Source: Camelus dromedarius
Lineage: Eukaryota
Reading direction: 5' to 3'
Assembly: GCF_036321535.1 (NCBI RefSeq)
Contig: NC_087437.1
Span: 11,844,001 to 11,908,000 of the forward strand
DNA: 64,000 nucleotides
The position numbers and the translations under genes are program-made. Shown one piece after another: positions 36,565-50,321 of this stretch (position 1 is the first letter of the stretch; each line of letters begins with the position of its first letter). The notes below the pieces were generated by a model. That model was not told the origin of the DNA. It worked only from the letters and a program-made list of their open reading frames with translations, and did not search any database.

Positions 36565-38949
36565 CCAAACTTTTATCCTTTGGAAACCCATAAAGTCCCC
36601 ATGATGTACCTGTTATAGCAACAGACATTCCAAGAGCATTTAACCTGTGGTAGAATTCAATCTGGATAGCTGTTCAGTTTCCTAAATTAATGGAGCATTG
36701 ATCTGGTAAATTACTGAAATCACAACGTTATGATGCTTTATGTTAGTTAATGAGTACGTGAATGTAAAGGGAGAGTAGAGAAAATAGGCTATTGTAAAAA
36801 TCATCCTAGTAAATATCTTTCTTTTCGTTTTCTTTTTTTTGAGCCACACAACATGATTATAAAAGAACTATAAAAGCCAAACAAGATCACAGGTTACTGC
36901 ATATCAAGTCTCAAAATGATATTTTGAGAAGTTAAATTTCTAGGGTCATATACTTTGTATCAGTTGCAGAGCTGGGATCAGACCATTACAGCTATTTGAC
37001 AATGGTGGGTAATTAAATTTCAAATTTTAATTAATTTGCTAATAATCCTTGCTATTTTAGAGACACTGATCTGATTGTATAGCCTGGTGAAGATACGCTT
37101 TGCAGCATATACCAGATGAGAGTAAAAGCCAATGGTACCTATGCTAACACCAGAAATGCAGGTGAACGCCAAGGTGTAGGGCAAACTCATTCGCCAATGT
37201 CATCACAGAATGCTTCTGTTCAAGACAGAAGCAAAATTTTAGATTTCTTGTCCTCTAGTACAATTCTTTGAGACAAATAAATGCATTTCTAAAGGAGGCG
37301 CTTAAAGCATTGCTTTGATTTATTTGGAAAAAAAGATGAATTAGTAACCCACATCCCCACCCAACAACATGCAGTGATTTGACGCCCATATACCGCCATC
37401 CACCCTGTTTACATAAAGAATCATCCACACACTAAGGTAAACCTGTCATTGGCCCATTAGTGAATCATCACTGCATTAAGAAGCTTTCAATACCCAATCT
37501 TTCTAATGTTGTTAGACAACTTTGACCTTCAATTTCTTGCAATGTGAATAATATTGCATCATATCTACACAGAGCAGTGTAATCATCTTTTCTATTTGTG
37601 GCGCTAAGACAGTCAACAGTATTTGATACAATCAGCATGTGTCTTGATACAGAAGGCACATGGTGACAAGCCTAACTGAATGTAGTTATTCGACTGTCAT
37701 GAAATGCACCTTATGGTGATAAACTTCCGCCATAAAATTGGAAGACTATCACATAAACATGTTTCATGAAGAAATACACTAGCAGAATTCACTGCCGGGT
37801 TATTGTTGGAAAACAGCATTCTATTTATTGTGCTGTGGTTTTTACAGTATGTGTCAGTGTTTGGATGAGCACTACGTTTTACAATGAAGTAATTACTGGG
37901 TGGCGATTTCTCTCTTCCGAACAGTACTTCTATCTAATTAGTGAACAATAAATTGAAGTGGGGAGATTAGGGAAATTTGCATGGACAGAACAGGACCAGC
38001 TGATTTTCAGTGTGTAGAAGGGTTGTGTTGTTTAAACTTAAGATCTCAAACTCCAAGCACATTTTTCAACTTCCTGGTAATTATTTTTTCCTATCAACCA
38101 GCTCTTTTTTTTTTTTTTACCTTAGTCTCTGCTTTCTGTCTATCTCTCTCTTTCTCTAATATCATTGCATTATTAATCAAAAAATAATATATTAATGATA
38201 TAGATGAACTGAGACACACTGTGGAGATTAAGCATATAATCAAGCCATGTGCTTAGACAGCCCCTAACGTGATAATATCCAACATATTTAAAGACATTTG
38301 TCCTTGAATTTTATTGTGACCCTGGGAATGATATTTGCAATCCAGTACCCGCTCTCCAGCAATGAAGGATGGAAGAAGGGGCCGATCAAGGAATCTGCAT
38401 GCTAGGAACCTAGCCTCGCTGGTTTTGCTGAGGAAGGGTCTTAGATCTCACAGTTCCTCTAGGAACGGTCTGTATTTACGTGTCCTGATTTTGATCTCAT
38501 ATTCTCGATGTTGAGTTTGTTTTGTAGATTCATGCCTTGACAAATAGCCACGACCACCTTCAAATTCTATGCATCGTAATGCCAGATAATATTTTTTAAG
38601 GAGAAAATTCAAACATAGAGGAAACCAAAGCCAGGTACAAATCAAGACAAGTAACTTGGAAAGCTGGGACCCAGACCTACCCTTTCCCCTGGGGTCTTGT
38701 CATGCCATTTGACAGCTGTGTATCTGGGGCTTCAGAATTGCCGGTAACCTGTTCCATGGGAATCCCAGAGGCCGAGGTAAGACCTGGTTCTTTGGGACTG
38801 AGGGGGCAGGTGAAGAGATTTTTGAAACTCTTAATCAGGGAGAAGTAAAGGCTAAAATGGAGGGGAGAGGGTAAGGAGAATGAGAGAATGGAAGAGAAAT
38901 CTAGCAGGCAAGTAATAATGGAAGGAACACCAGTGTGGCAGTACAAACT

Positions 38950-39190
38950 CAGACAAAAATAGATTTTCAAGCAAAACAATTTCTAGGAACAAAAAAGGAC
39001 ACTAAATCATAATAAAAAGAGCAACTCACCAAGAATGTATTACAGTCAGGTATATGAACCTAAAAACAGAGCCTTAAATATATATAAAACCAACACTGAC
39101 ATGGTTATATGGAGAAAATAAAAAAAAAATTGCAATCATTGTAGGAGATTTTTAACACTTGCCTACTGGAAACTGGATAGAAAAACATTG
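38950..39190 (+). mobile_element. Old L1 ORF2 endonuclease-region fragment
   Basis: 'aactcaccaagaa...aacagagccttaaata...caatcattgtaggagatttttaacac' (I.VGDFN motif). Confidence 0.7.
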
Positions 39191-39259
39191 TGAGGATAGA
39201 GACAAACTAGAGACTTTAAACATTTTAAGAGTTAATTTAAAGGAAGCAATTACTACTCA

Positions 39260-39460
39260 GCTTTAGAGTTTGGTTATCAGAAGAAAATATGGGCCCATTG
39301 CTATTGGGACATCAGATCTCTCAAGGGCAACTGAGAATTAAGATTTTTCAGGTAAGATTGTATTGAAAATGTGCAGTTTAAGACTCCGACATCTTAATGA
39401 CACAATGGAGGCCCCACAAAATCGGGTCCTCAGGCAGGGTTAGCATCCTAGTGACCTTCA
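39260..39460. mobile_element. hAT-Charlie remnant (MER103-like)
   Basis: 'aaatatgggcccattg...tcagatctctcaagggcaactgagaattaagatttttc'. Confidence 0.5.
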
Positions 39461-39829
39461 CCCTGTCCATTTCTTGAGGTCAAAATCTTTATCTGTTTCC
39501 CCAGGGCTAAGTCCTCAATGGTGTTTGAAGATTAAATGAGAAAAAATTTCAATGTAATAAGGAATACATGAATTAATGATTTATTCTTGCAATTTATCTC
39601 GTTGACTGCTTTATACATATGCATCCAAGGGAAGTTTCTCATGGTAGAAGGGAGAAAAGCAACAATATAACATTCTTTCTCTGCCCTACCAGCTCCAGGT
39701 CTTCCTAAAACATGGTTGAACCTCATTCTTTTCTGCTTCTCCCGATCCTCGCTCATTGGCACATGGACGACGGATGAGAAAATAAATAAATGGAATGACT
39801 GCAGGTTTATTATTCTCCTTTATAATTAT

Positions 39830-40030
39830 CATAATTCCATTGACAAGTATTCATTTAGCACTTACCATATGCCAGACACTGTGCTTGCTTTTTACACGTA
39901 ATTTATTAATTCCCACAGCAATGACACGTCTGACCATCTCACAGATGAGGGAATCTAGTCTTCAGATAAGAGACAGGTTAAATCACTCATTGCAGTTCCC
40001 ACAACTTGTAAGTGGTGAAGCCAGGAGGAG
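39830..40030 (-). mobile_element. MIR SINE
   Basis: 'ttagcacttaccatatgccagacactgtgct...acagatgagggaa'. Confidence 0.8.
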
Positions 40031-40179
40031 ACTGTTTCTCATAAAAGCCCTATGAGACATCATGCATTTCATAAAGACTTTTCCAGTTAATGAGACGGGA
40101 AATACTGACTGCCGCACATGTGAGAATTACAATCCTCTTTTTATAAACTCAACTACCTAACTGACATTTTCAGGAAGAC

Positions 40180-40765
40180 TCACTCATTCACTCAGAGTTT
40201 AGCAAATATTTTTGAGCACATACTGGTGCCTTTCTAGGCACTGGGAATCTAGCAGTGGACATGACAGAGAAAGTTCCTGCCTGCATGGAGTTCACATTCC
40301 AGGAGAGAAAGAATAAACAAATATGAACAATGAATGGGAAACAAATATTAAAACTGATGCATGTGTAATATAATTTTAAGCCCTTATAAGAGCTATGAAT
40401 AATGTAAGGTCAAAGGGTAGAGAAATGACGGGGCGCTTTTTCAGCTAGGATGGAAAGGAACATCTTTTGAGTATCAGAGCAAAGAAAGTTCCAGAGAAGG
40501 AGAAGTGCAAATACCAAAGTATAAGAAGGAGCATGGGTCTTGGTTCAAGAACCAGGGAGATGGAGGCAAGTGAGGAAAGAGGAGAACGGGCCAGAAATAG
40601 GGGTGGGAGAGGAAGTCAGAGGAGGGGTCAGGGCTAGGCCCTGAGAGCCTCATGGCTCAGGAAGGATTTAGGACTTTTGTTCCAATGAGAGGGTGAGGCA
40701 CCAGAGGGTGGAGGGAAGTAGCAAGACCTGACATGCATCTGAGATGATATCTCTGGTTGCCATGT
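40180..40765 (-). mobile_element. L2 fragment
   Basis: 'gcaaatatttttgagcaca...ctaggcactgggaat...ttcctgcctgcatggagttcacattcca'. Confidence 0.8.
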
Positions 40766-40859
40766 GGCAATATGGTGGAGGGGCCACCGTGGAGTTCTTT
40801 GCACAGTTTGGACTTGTTCATATGGGTTCACTTTTTCTTTACCTGTCAGTAAATTTGGG

Positions 40860-41780
40860 GAAAGACTAGAAGCCCAGAACACTAACATGAAGTCTTGGGT
40901 CAACCCTTTAAGCTACCCTAATTTCAGTTTCCGCACCTGTTGCGTGGAGGTAATACGACCTGCCGAGCCTTCTGTACCATGTTGTTGGGAGGATTGAATG
41001 AGACAGTGTAAACGGAAGCGAGCATAGATGACACACGTGTAAGAGGTAATTACTAAGATCAGAGCACTAATGATCACAACAGCCAAAATGATAAATCTGA
41101 CACGAAAGGACCATGTTCAGTTCACTGTGTACCCTGTTTGGCTGAAAAGAATGACCACTGCTCATTGAATGGTAGTAACTCCTTATCTGATAGGAATGAA
41201 TGGCGCTGCTGGTATCACATTAACTCACAGATGCCCTGCTTGGATTTTGTTGGCATAGTCCAAATACACCCAGAAAAATTAAAAAACCTCTGTCCCTAAA
41301 CTCTGAACATTCAGGAAGACATTCATCGGGTCACCTGTGTTGTTATTCTGCTGGTGGCCAACAGCTGGTGCAACAGATGTCTTCTGCAACTCCTTTGGCA
41401 TCAGGTAAACAAGGGCAGGGACTCCAGCAGAGGAATCAGTGTCATGACTGCTGTCTCCCTACACTGCCAGCTTTTCCCTGAGAAGCTGTTTCCTGCCTGA
41501 AGCTTAGGATGTAGGTCTGACTTCATCTCAGAAGGCAAGATGGGGAAGCCGACGGTGTCCAGAATTTAGAGCTGGAAGGGACGAACTTGAAACCCAAGTT
41601 GAACTTGAGTTTAAATCCAAATCGGTTTTACTAGTTTTGTTGACCTCGTGGACAAAATCTTGAAACTTCTTGAGTCTCAATTTGCTCATAGGTAATGGTG
41701 CTTAGTCACCTGTTGACCTGAAGCTTAGATAAAATCAGAATATGGAGCACCTGGATTATAGTAAACACAATAATTTATAG
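40860..41780 (+). mobile_element. Two MIR fragments (about 40860-41040 and 41590-41780)
   Basis: 'tttcagtttccgcacctgt...ttgggaggattgaatgaga' and 'tgagtctcaatttgctcat'. Confidence 0.55.
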
Positions 41781-42474
41781 CTCTGCTATTCTTTTTTGGG
41801 AACAAATCTATTTCTCATAGTAGAGGGCTAGGAGGGGGGTGAGAGGGCACTGTTTTGTTAGAATTGGTCCTAGATCTGGTCGAGAAGTGTGGGGACAAGG
41901 GCTACAAGCCTGCTCTAAAGTGTGTTTCTCAGCAGCCTGTTTGGATTCACTTTTCCATCCTTAAAATGTCCCTCCTTAGAGCCGTCTCAAAGGTTTAACA
42001 ATTAAGGCCAGGGAGTTACTTCCAGACACTGTTGAATGAACACATGTTTTCCGAGGGTGGACCTCTGTCATGGCCTCATAAGTATGAATGGACTTGCAGA
42101 GTGGCACGTCAGGAGCCCCAGGGCAGCCTTCTGAAGACCCCACCTTGTGTCTTGTGAAGTCCTGGAATATTGCAGTTAAAGCACCTGCAGGTGGCTCTTT
42201 CTTACCAGTGCCTCCCTAACCAGTCAGGGGCAAAAGCTCTTGAGACCGTCTGTCAAGATCAGCACGTCACCTCGGGAGTGTGCTCCTGTCCCCTTGCACG
42301 TGAAACTTCATGTACAATTCAGGGTGTCCACAGTCCTCATCTCCCTGTGTGGGCCTCACGTCAAAAGCCTACAACTTTCAGGGCTGTTTTGATAGGTTCA
42401 TTGATTCATTCCTTCATTTTCTCCCTCCTGATCAGGACAGGGACCCGAGTCCTGGATTCACAGACTTCAGCTGG

Positions 42475-42901
42475 ATGTATAACTGCAGACTGGATTTCCC
42501 AGAAGGAGATCTGAGGTGGAGACTAGTGAACAGGTTTCTTCAGGGCTGCTCTTGGGATCAACACCTACACGCGGAGGAGCAAGAAAGCAGAACTGGGCAA
42601 AGGGAGAAGTTAAGTGGAGATGCATTTTTAACAAAGGCCTCAGCTGACTTCATGGGGCTCTTTGGAGGTAGGATGGCCTTTCTGAGTCACCCCAGGTCAG
42701 GGCAGGAGGGCCAGCCAGGCTTCCTCATTGACCTGTCATCAAATGTGGACTTCCCTGGGTGAAGTTTGCCCTTCAACGGAGGCCATCCTTCAGAGGGTCG
42801 ACCCTGGGGTGCTCTGCTGGGATTACTCCCAGCAGCAGGGAAGATGAGTCCTTTAATCCGGAAGGGAGAGCCTGGGTTACCACATCACAGCATCCGCCAC
42901 A
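42475..42901 (-). mobile_element. ERVL LTR (LTR16-like)
   Basis: 'ttcccagaaggagatctgaggtggaga...tgctcttgggatcaacacct...gaaagcagaactgggcaaagggagaagtt...cacagcatccgccaca'. Confidence 0.75.
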
Positions 42902-43809
42902 TGAAGCGACCCAATCCCCAGGCTCCTGGTTCTGTGCTCTTTCTGTTCTCACTCTACGTCTTTGTCCATCACTCCTAGTCCATTTCATTCCAGTGTCACC
43001 ATTTCAAAGCCCGTTTCCTTTGGAACAACTCTACCTCAGCCTTCTAGCAAGGAACATTTCTTTGAATATTATCTAAGCCTCTTCGTGTGGATTGGTAAAT
43101 GTCCTGCTACTCTTGAGCAAGGCCAAATTACACCTGCAATTGGGGAAAAAAAGAACCTAAAATTAAATTCCATGACTCATCTCAGGAGCAACACAGATAC
43201 AGAAAAGGTTCAAAAAGGGGCAACTAAAAAAAATTGAGTCATAACAGAAGTACATGGAGTAATGAGTTTAATTTCCCAAACTCTCAATTCCCACCCTCCA
43301 TTCCAAGCGTATTTTTTTTCTATGCAATTTAGCCATAATTTCAGGGTAGCTTTACAATGTATTGAGTAAGAACTAATTAGTGTGTTTAAGCCTTTAATGT
43401 GTCTGATTTGTGAATTGCAACTTTTGGAGTTTTTCTTTTTCTCTGCAATTGCACGAAAGCTAAAGCATCTTTCATATGCTCTCCTTGCAGATAAAGTGTT
43501 TTGCTGCCAAGAGAGGTCCTGCAGATTTCTGATGGCAGCCAAGAAGCAAAACGGATGCTTCAACCTCCCTGTTCTTTTAGATCTCAGGATCGGTTCCCAA
43601 GAAGAGTCCTGCTGTCCAGCAGGGACGACTGGACTAGGCCATATTCATTCATGCCTCTCTTACCAGTGTCTGGTCTGCTTTCCCACCGGATTCCCTCTGG
43701 GACTCTGAAGAAGGGTTCCTCCACATGAGAATCAGAGATATCACAAATCATGATCTGCATTACAAAAGGCTGGATCATCCCAGGCAGTCATTTGCTGCTG
43801 TGCACCGCA

Positions 43810-44212
43810 GGAGACAGTGCTAGGTTTCCCCAACACATGGCTTTCTTCTTCTCAGGTTCCTTATGGGTGGATGGGACTATGTACTGATTTCTGGCCAATA
43901 AAATATTAGTAGAAATGGTGCCTCTCACTTCCAGGCCAGGTCAGTGAAAAATCCCATACATGGTTCTCATCTCGCATGTTCTCTGTTCTGGCGATGGAGA
44001 AGGAGGCCTTGTGTTGGGATAATGAACCCTGCTTCACACTGCCTCAAAAGCAGCAGCTGCCCTGATCTTTGAGTCATCATTCAGAGGATGGCTTTCCCTG
44101 AGAGTCATCCAGACCCACAGGACTTTGAATTAGCAAAAAATAAATCTTTGTCTTATAAAGCCACTGAGGTTTGTTGTTACTGCAGCAGAACTTCACTTAT
44201 GCTAACTAATAG
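43810..44212 (+). mobile_element. Old MaLR LTR (MLT1J-like)
   Basis: 'ttctggccaataaaat...tcacttccaggcc...aaataaatctttgtcttataaagccactgaggtttgttgttactgcagca...actaata'. Confidence 0.75.
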
Positions 44213-44619
44213 AGATGCTTCCTCATCTGCCTTATCTTTCCCCAGCACTGAATACTTACCTAAGGGGTCTGCAAATTCCTAAACTCTTTCCCTCTGGTCT
44301 GCAACAGCCCAACAAACTTTGGGTTGTGTTCTCAGTACACTCTTGGATTAAAGTCTTTGTCACACTGCTAGTTTACGAAGTTGGGGAATATTTCTTCACC
44401 TTTGAAACTCTTGATCTTGGTATAAGCCCAGGCTAGAGTAAGTGTTCATTAAAAATTGTGGAACAATGAATTAATCAGAGTATCTCCTTGGGGGACAGTG
44501 TGCATGTGTTTTGTGCTCAGGTCTTTTTTAGTCCTTTTTTTAATCCACTGCCAGTTCCAATTCACCCTTCTTCAAGTCCCTGGCAGAGAGGGCAAGGGAG
44601 GATGTGAACATATGCCAGA

Positions 44620-44830
44620 GAAAATGAAGCAGAGGATTTGGAATCCTCACTGTCTCATCATTTTCTATCTCGGTGGCCTTGGGCAGATTAATGAGCCTCC
44701 TTAAGCCTCCTTAAGCCATTTTCCTCATCTGGAGAAATGGGGGCTAACAGGGCCTACCTCACAGTTGATGTAAAAATTACAGAGACAACACGTGTAAACA
44801 GCTTAGCACGATGTCCTGCACAAAGTAAGT
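44620..44830 (+). mobile_element. MIR SINE
   Basis: 'gccttgggcagatta...ttttcctcatctggagaaatggggcta...cctacctcacag'. Confidence 0.8.
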
Positions 44831-45719
44831 GTCAGGTAACAAATGCGATCTGTTGAATAAATCCAATACCCTTCTGCCCCATTTGATTTCTTTCTCTCCT
44901 GTTCCTCTGACCCTGGCTTCCAACTACCGCCTGGGATCCCTTTACTGCCCAGAGACGATCTTACTGTCTTACCATCTGGTGACATCTCATCTAAGCCCAT
45001 TTCCTCAGACAGTGGCAGCAAGCCTGCTTTGCTCCCTTTAAACTATAGACACTTGAGTTTAGTGAGGCTAATAGCCTAACTCCTACTACTACGACTATTA
45101 CTCATTGACTCAGCCTGTCAATGACTAATCCGATGCTGCTTTGGAGGGTATGAATTTGAAGAGGGGATACCAGCAAGTCCAGGGCATCTGAAGTACAAAG
45201 GTGGTTCTGTAATGGCAGAATCCCAGGCAAGAGTGCCTGGTTTTGGCACGAGAGTGGCACTAGAGATTCTCACTTCCTGCTTGAGTCACTCCATGCAGGT
45301 GGTCATTGATTCTGTTTGTGCTGGAGTCGGTTCTGAGATCAGCCATCCTCACCATAACCACATCTAGGCGTTTGTGAGTTAGAGATGCCGTTGTTGTTTT
45401 GCATATGTTTAAAATTTGTATTTGTGTAACTGGCATATAGATTGATCCCGTCCATTCCCAGAGAGTTGCTGAGTTAAGCCTTTATTATTGCTACCTTTCA
45501 GCATGTCACTTCTAAAAATTTTATTCACAGCATCTACATACTGTGTTTGGTCCAGATTCTCAAAACCTTAGTAGACCCTAAGGCAGAGAAGGTGTCGGTC
45601 ACTGAAGTTCTTACGGGTCAGAAAATCTTTATCAGACTGTGCATGTACCCGAGAGAGCTGGTGTTTCTGCCTTCAATGGGAGCAAAGCGAATTCCACTGT
45701 TCTGCACTCACTTCAGTCC

Positions 45720-46207
45720 GCCAAGTAACCCCCTGTGTATCCCATGAAGCCCATCTCTGCGTCTCCCATCCTGTGTGGTGTCCCGTGAGGCTGCCCTACA
45801 TGGACATCACCAATCATCCCCTTGTTTTCTGGCTGCAGGTTCAGTTGATGGGAAGCATGGGAGGGATTTTATAAGAAGGGGAGGGTGTGAGGCTGGAGCA
45901 CTTGCCTCCCTAACTGCCTCCTTGATGAGTGGCCAGTGGAGACGCTGATGTCCGTCAGTGGGAGGCCATAGCTCCTGATGAATGGACAGCGCCATTTAAC
46001 CCCGTCTCTGCCGTGGTTTCTGTAACCACTCTCTTTCCTTACCTCTCCAGGTCTGAGGTGCTCATGACTCCTTCACTATAGGCAGTCCCAGGGAACTACA
46101 CCGTCCCAGCTTGCTTTCCCTAGATCCGATTTCACCTTTACAAATTGTAAATCTTAACTAAATTCATCTCCAGTAGGTTAGTGTTTCCTGCCAGGACACT
46201 GACATAC
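45720..46207 (+). mobile_element. ERVL LTR (LTR33-like)
   Basis: 'gaggctgccctacatggac...ccttgttttctggct...tgtttcctgccaggacactgacatac'. Confidence 0.65.
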
Positions 46208-47024
46208 GTGCACTTACCCACTTGCTATTTGGAGCTAGACGGTGTGTTGCCCAGAAAAACGTCTCAGAGGGACACAGTTCTTTCCTTCTGATAGTATGGA
46301 AATCCCTCCACATTTAAAATTCTTGAGTGATTTTCCCCCTTACTTTATGTGCTGTCTTTTTTATCCCCCTTAAGAAAGGGTTATCAGTAGGACTTTCCGC
46401 TCTCCCAGGGCTAGGATCAGAGGCAGGCTTCCAGAAAGTTTGACAAGCACACAAGCATGTCAGCCTGTGACAGTCTCAATGGGCTGAGATCTCAACAGTC
46501 TTATGAAAGGGAGACTTTGAAGTGCCTTATTCAAAGGCAGCCAAAGCTTTCATGATCAGGGAGGAGACTCTAATGTGGCCTGATAATTAGTGTAGAGACG
46601 GAGGCCTCCACCCTCTCCAAGGAATGAGATGCCCTGGCTGGTATGTTCCTTAAATGTGGTTGCTCAAAGAGCCTAGGTCTCATTCCTGAAATTTATAACC
46701 GTATCAACCATAGTTTTATGAGATACCGCATCATTTTTTAAAAAGGGTTGAACCCTTTTAGAGCTATTCAAATAACCGTTGAGCCATTTGAACTGAAATA
46801 GGAGTTAGCTCAAAGTGGCAGTTCATAAATTAAAGGTGCTCTTGTTTCAAGGAGAGGGCATAAACGCCAAGCAAAGAGTTGGATGGACTAGTTTACTAAG
46901 TTATTGTTATTCTCATGACTGTGTAGAAGTGGGGGACCATACAGGCAGAATCTGACTTTTAATTTGACGTTAGAGAGTAATTTGAGGCCCTCCACCATCA
47001 GACATAGAACACAACACTTCATGC

Positions 47025-47700
47025 TATTTGTTTATTCATTCATTCTCTCAAAATATTCTTTCTAGCCTCCAACTACATACAAGGGGAAAAATAAGTAAAT
47101 AAAAAGGCAGATCTTTAAGGAATTTCTAGTTTCATAGGGAAGGCCTGAAAACACAGAATCATAACAGTATGTGCTAGTCTAGTGCTTAGTGGCAGGATGG
47201 GCAAGAACCAAGGAACAGAGAGGAAAAGGTCCTGCCTGTGGGCCTAGGGAGTGTGTCTCAGGCAAAACCAGGGAAGAATTTGTCAGAGGAAGGGGTGTAG
47301 GAGCCATTCCTTACAGGACAAGTTGTGGTGTCTCAGAAGGGCGAGATCAGGGAAGAACTTCCCAGCAAAGTGTGTCGGGAGCTTTGCTGCTTGAGGAAGC
47401 AGTAAAGTCCCCAGAACCCAAGGCATCCTGTAGGGTCGGGACCAATGTTCGTGGGGTGGCAGAGCAGAAGATAGTGCTGGGGTCTGGGCGTCCTGCGCAG
47501 GAAGGGATCTGGCTTTAATATAAAGCTAATGGCCTCCTACTTTGGCTGACATTCACGTCACCTGGAGAGCTGGTGAAAATGCAGACGACTGGGTCCCACT
47601 CTTTGGCATTCTGATTCAGTGGATCTGGGATGGGATCAAAGAATCTACATTTTAAAAAAGCAACCTATGAACTGTTTTTTGAGAAACGTCGCCTCTGGAG
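47025..47700. mobile_element. L2 fragment followed by a MER5-family MITE (about 47535-47690)
   Basis: 'tttattcattcattc' (L2 tail, reverse), then 'cacctggagagctggtgaaaatgcaga...ttctgattcagtggatctggga'. Confidence 0.6.
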
Positions 47701-48844
47701 GTGGAAAGCCTTGAAGGCGAGCCCTGCAGCGGTGCCCAAAAAGCATATCTAGGTGGACAGTCTTCTGTCTTCCTTTGCACTCTTCTCAGCCATTCTGGTT
47801 TGGCCCTCCTTTGTGAGACTCAAGGAAAGTTGAAGGCTGCTACTGAAATGACCTATCTCTGTCGGTCACCTGAGAGACACTTCATGTTGCCATTTTGACA
47901 ACTGATGTAGATCCCAGCCCCTCCAAAGTGTAACGGACTAGACCAGCAATACCAAACATGGTGTGCAATGAGGCAATAATGTTTTACATAAAGAATAAAA
48001 CTAAGTGAAAGGGAGTAGCTACTACCTGGAGACCGAGATGCTTAGCTAGGAGAGAAGCTTTGAGCAGTTTTAAACTTCCTGGTAATAGGGGAAAATAGAA
48101 AATATGTTGAATTATACATTCTGCATTGTTTAAGAGAAAGAACAACCATTTGTCAGCAATCTTTTCCTGTCTTAAGTTCAAGGAGGGATTTGTATCCAAT
48201 GGTTAAGGTCAATTCTAGTCTTGTACAAAGTAGAAAATATGTCCCTGTTAGAAGAAGTGACTTTCTTTTTTTAAAACCTCAGACACCCAAGGGGATAAAG
48301 GATCAGGAAGTTTGTAACTGCACCCTAATAATTTTGGTTGTGGTACAAAAATGAGCCGGGAGAAAACACAATGTTTTGGTTTCTACTTAGGACTGCACAC
48401 GCACAGGGCTTCTCTTCTGTTCTTACAAACAATGGTATGTGTCTGCAGTTACAGATGAAGTTACTCTACTCAAAATCTTGCTTCTAGAAACAGTGAAGGC
48501 AGTTGATAGTAGTAAAGATCAATGTTTGGATATTTTTGGCCTAATAAAATTTAATGTCTAATACAAAATACGAGTGCCCTGTAAGAGCAGGGGATATGCA
48601 CGTATAATAAAAAGCATACATTTTGGAATGAAAAAGGCACAAAAAGAAAAATGCAGCAGAGATAGTAGAGACAGACAAAGAGAAAAAGATGCAGAAAGAA
48701 ATTTAAGAAGAATAAGACTCATAGTGATCAAGCACTAGGCAACTGCAGAGGGACATCTGCGAGTCTTTGGAAATTATTAAACGTCATGATGTGGTATCAG
48801 GAGAATTTGCCCAGTCATCGTTCATTTTGTTAATCATCCCGCTT

Positions 48845-49298
48845 TGTATTGGGGGACTGTTTTCATTATGCACTGCCCAAATCTCAGTGGTCTAAAGCAA
48901 CACTAATTATCTGCTCGGGGTTTTGCTATTTGAGTAAGGCTTGACCTGGACAGGTTACCCCTGCATAACACGGTGGAGCTGGGGCAGACCACCTGGGTCT
49001 GGAACGCCCAGTTCTTGGTCGTCAGTGGAGGGTTCAGCGAAGGCTGTTTGGTGACCTTGATTCTTCTCCACGTGAGCTTCTTCACGTAGCTGCTAAAGCT
49101 TCCTCCCTGTATGGCAGCTGGATTTCAAGAGGAAGAAAGCAGCAGAAGCTTCCAGTCCTCTCAAAGTCTAGACCTGGAACAGACATAGCATCAGTTTCAC
49201 TGTATCACAAGCAGAACTGTCAACAGAGGTTGAAAAAATGGACTCCACCTCTTGGCAGGTATACAAACTAAGAATTTGTGGCTATTTTTAACTCACCA
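48845..49298 (-). mobile_element. Old MaLR LTR (MLT1G/H-like)
   Basis: 'cccaaatctcagtggtctaaagcaac...atggcagctggatttcaaga...gactccacctcttg...gaatttgtggctattttta'. Confidence 0.75.
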
Positions 49299-49344
49299 AA
49301 GCTACCAAGAATGATCAGCCATCCTAAATTATAAACATATATGT

Positions 49345-49570
49345 TTTGATAATTTTTTGTGGGTCCCTACCTAAAAAAACCCTTTTTGATATTTTTTTCT
49401 AATTGCTCCCCCATGAAATTTTAATCTCTCAGATACACTATGTGTCTGATTATATGTTGTATAAATATATGTATTTTCTACTTAAAAATAATAAGATTTG
49501 TTCATCCCCTTAGAAACTGATTTTCACTCCCATGGGGACAATATTGCCTCCACTGAAAGTACATGGTCTA
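49345..49570. mobile_element. hAT-Charlie remnant (MER112-like)
   Basis: 'ttttttctaattgctccccc...tgattttcactcccatggggacaatattgcctccactgaaagtacatg'. Confidence 0.5.
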
Positions 49571-50265
49571 GAATACGCAACCTAAGAAAACTCCTAAAAT
49601 TCATTTTGTCAAATGACCATCAACTTTGTTCACTGGATTTATAGAATAATATCTCAATGTAGGTAGGAGGAGTGTAGATAAGAGGAACCTGCCAGGCAAT
49701 GCTCAATGTTGTCATTACTACAAATAAAATTAATTAACCAATTCATTAATAATTACCATCTAATACCTTTCTGAATTGCAAACACTGTTTTGGGCAGAAG
49801 CATGTCTGTCCTACTTATTTTTGAACAGATTCTGACACAAAATAGGCAATGAAATATATTAATAAGGATTTTAATGTCTAAAAGGGAAATAAGGAAATGG
49901 GGACAAGACATGTGACCACGAGAGTACGCACGAGCTTATTCAGAGTTGAGTCACAAGAGGCAGGAGGAATTGAGACAGTCAAGGTCACTTTTCCTTACTC
50001 AGTAGAGACGTTCCTTCACTTGAAGAGCTTTCTAGGCAAGAGCTTGAAGATGAAACCTTGTCTTGTTCGTGGTTAAATGCCGTAGAGGTCTTGATGCAAT
50101 GCCTTCTAAAAGATGCGTGAATATTGTTTGAATTATGAATTAATAATTAAGATAGAAAGCAAGTCTTATGAGTAAAGAGAGGTATAAGTCTACTTGCATT
50201 TTTCTTTCTCATTTATTTAAATACATATTTAGAATTATCTATATCTATTAAAAGAAGCTTTTCCA

Positions 50266-50321
50266 ATACCAGAAACTAATGCAACATTGTAAATCAACCA
50301 TACTTCAATTTAAAAAAAAAA
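50266..50321 (+). mobile_element. Extremely 5'-truncated L1 tail (about 55 bp)
   Basis: 'accagaaactaatgcaacattgtaaatcaaccatacttcaatttaaaaaaaaa' matches the tails at about 31428 and 61468. Confidence 0.8.

Noticed and set aside
37050..37140. Possible coding exon after 'tgctattttag'
   Set aside because: Stop codons occur in all three frames shortly after the AG. Similar acceptor-like sites (about 18110, 27097, 28376, 50424) also lack supportable coding frames.
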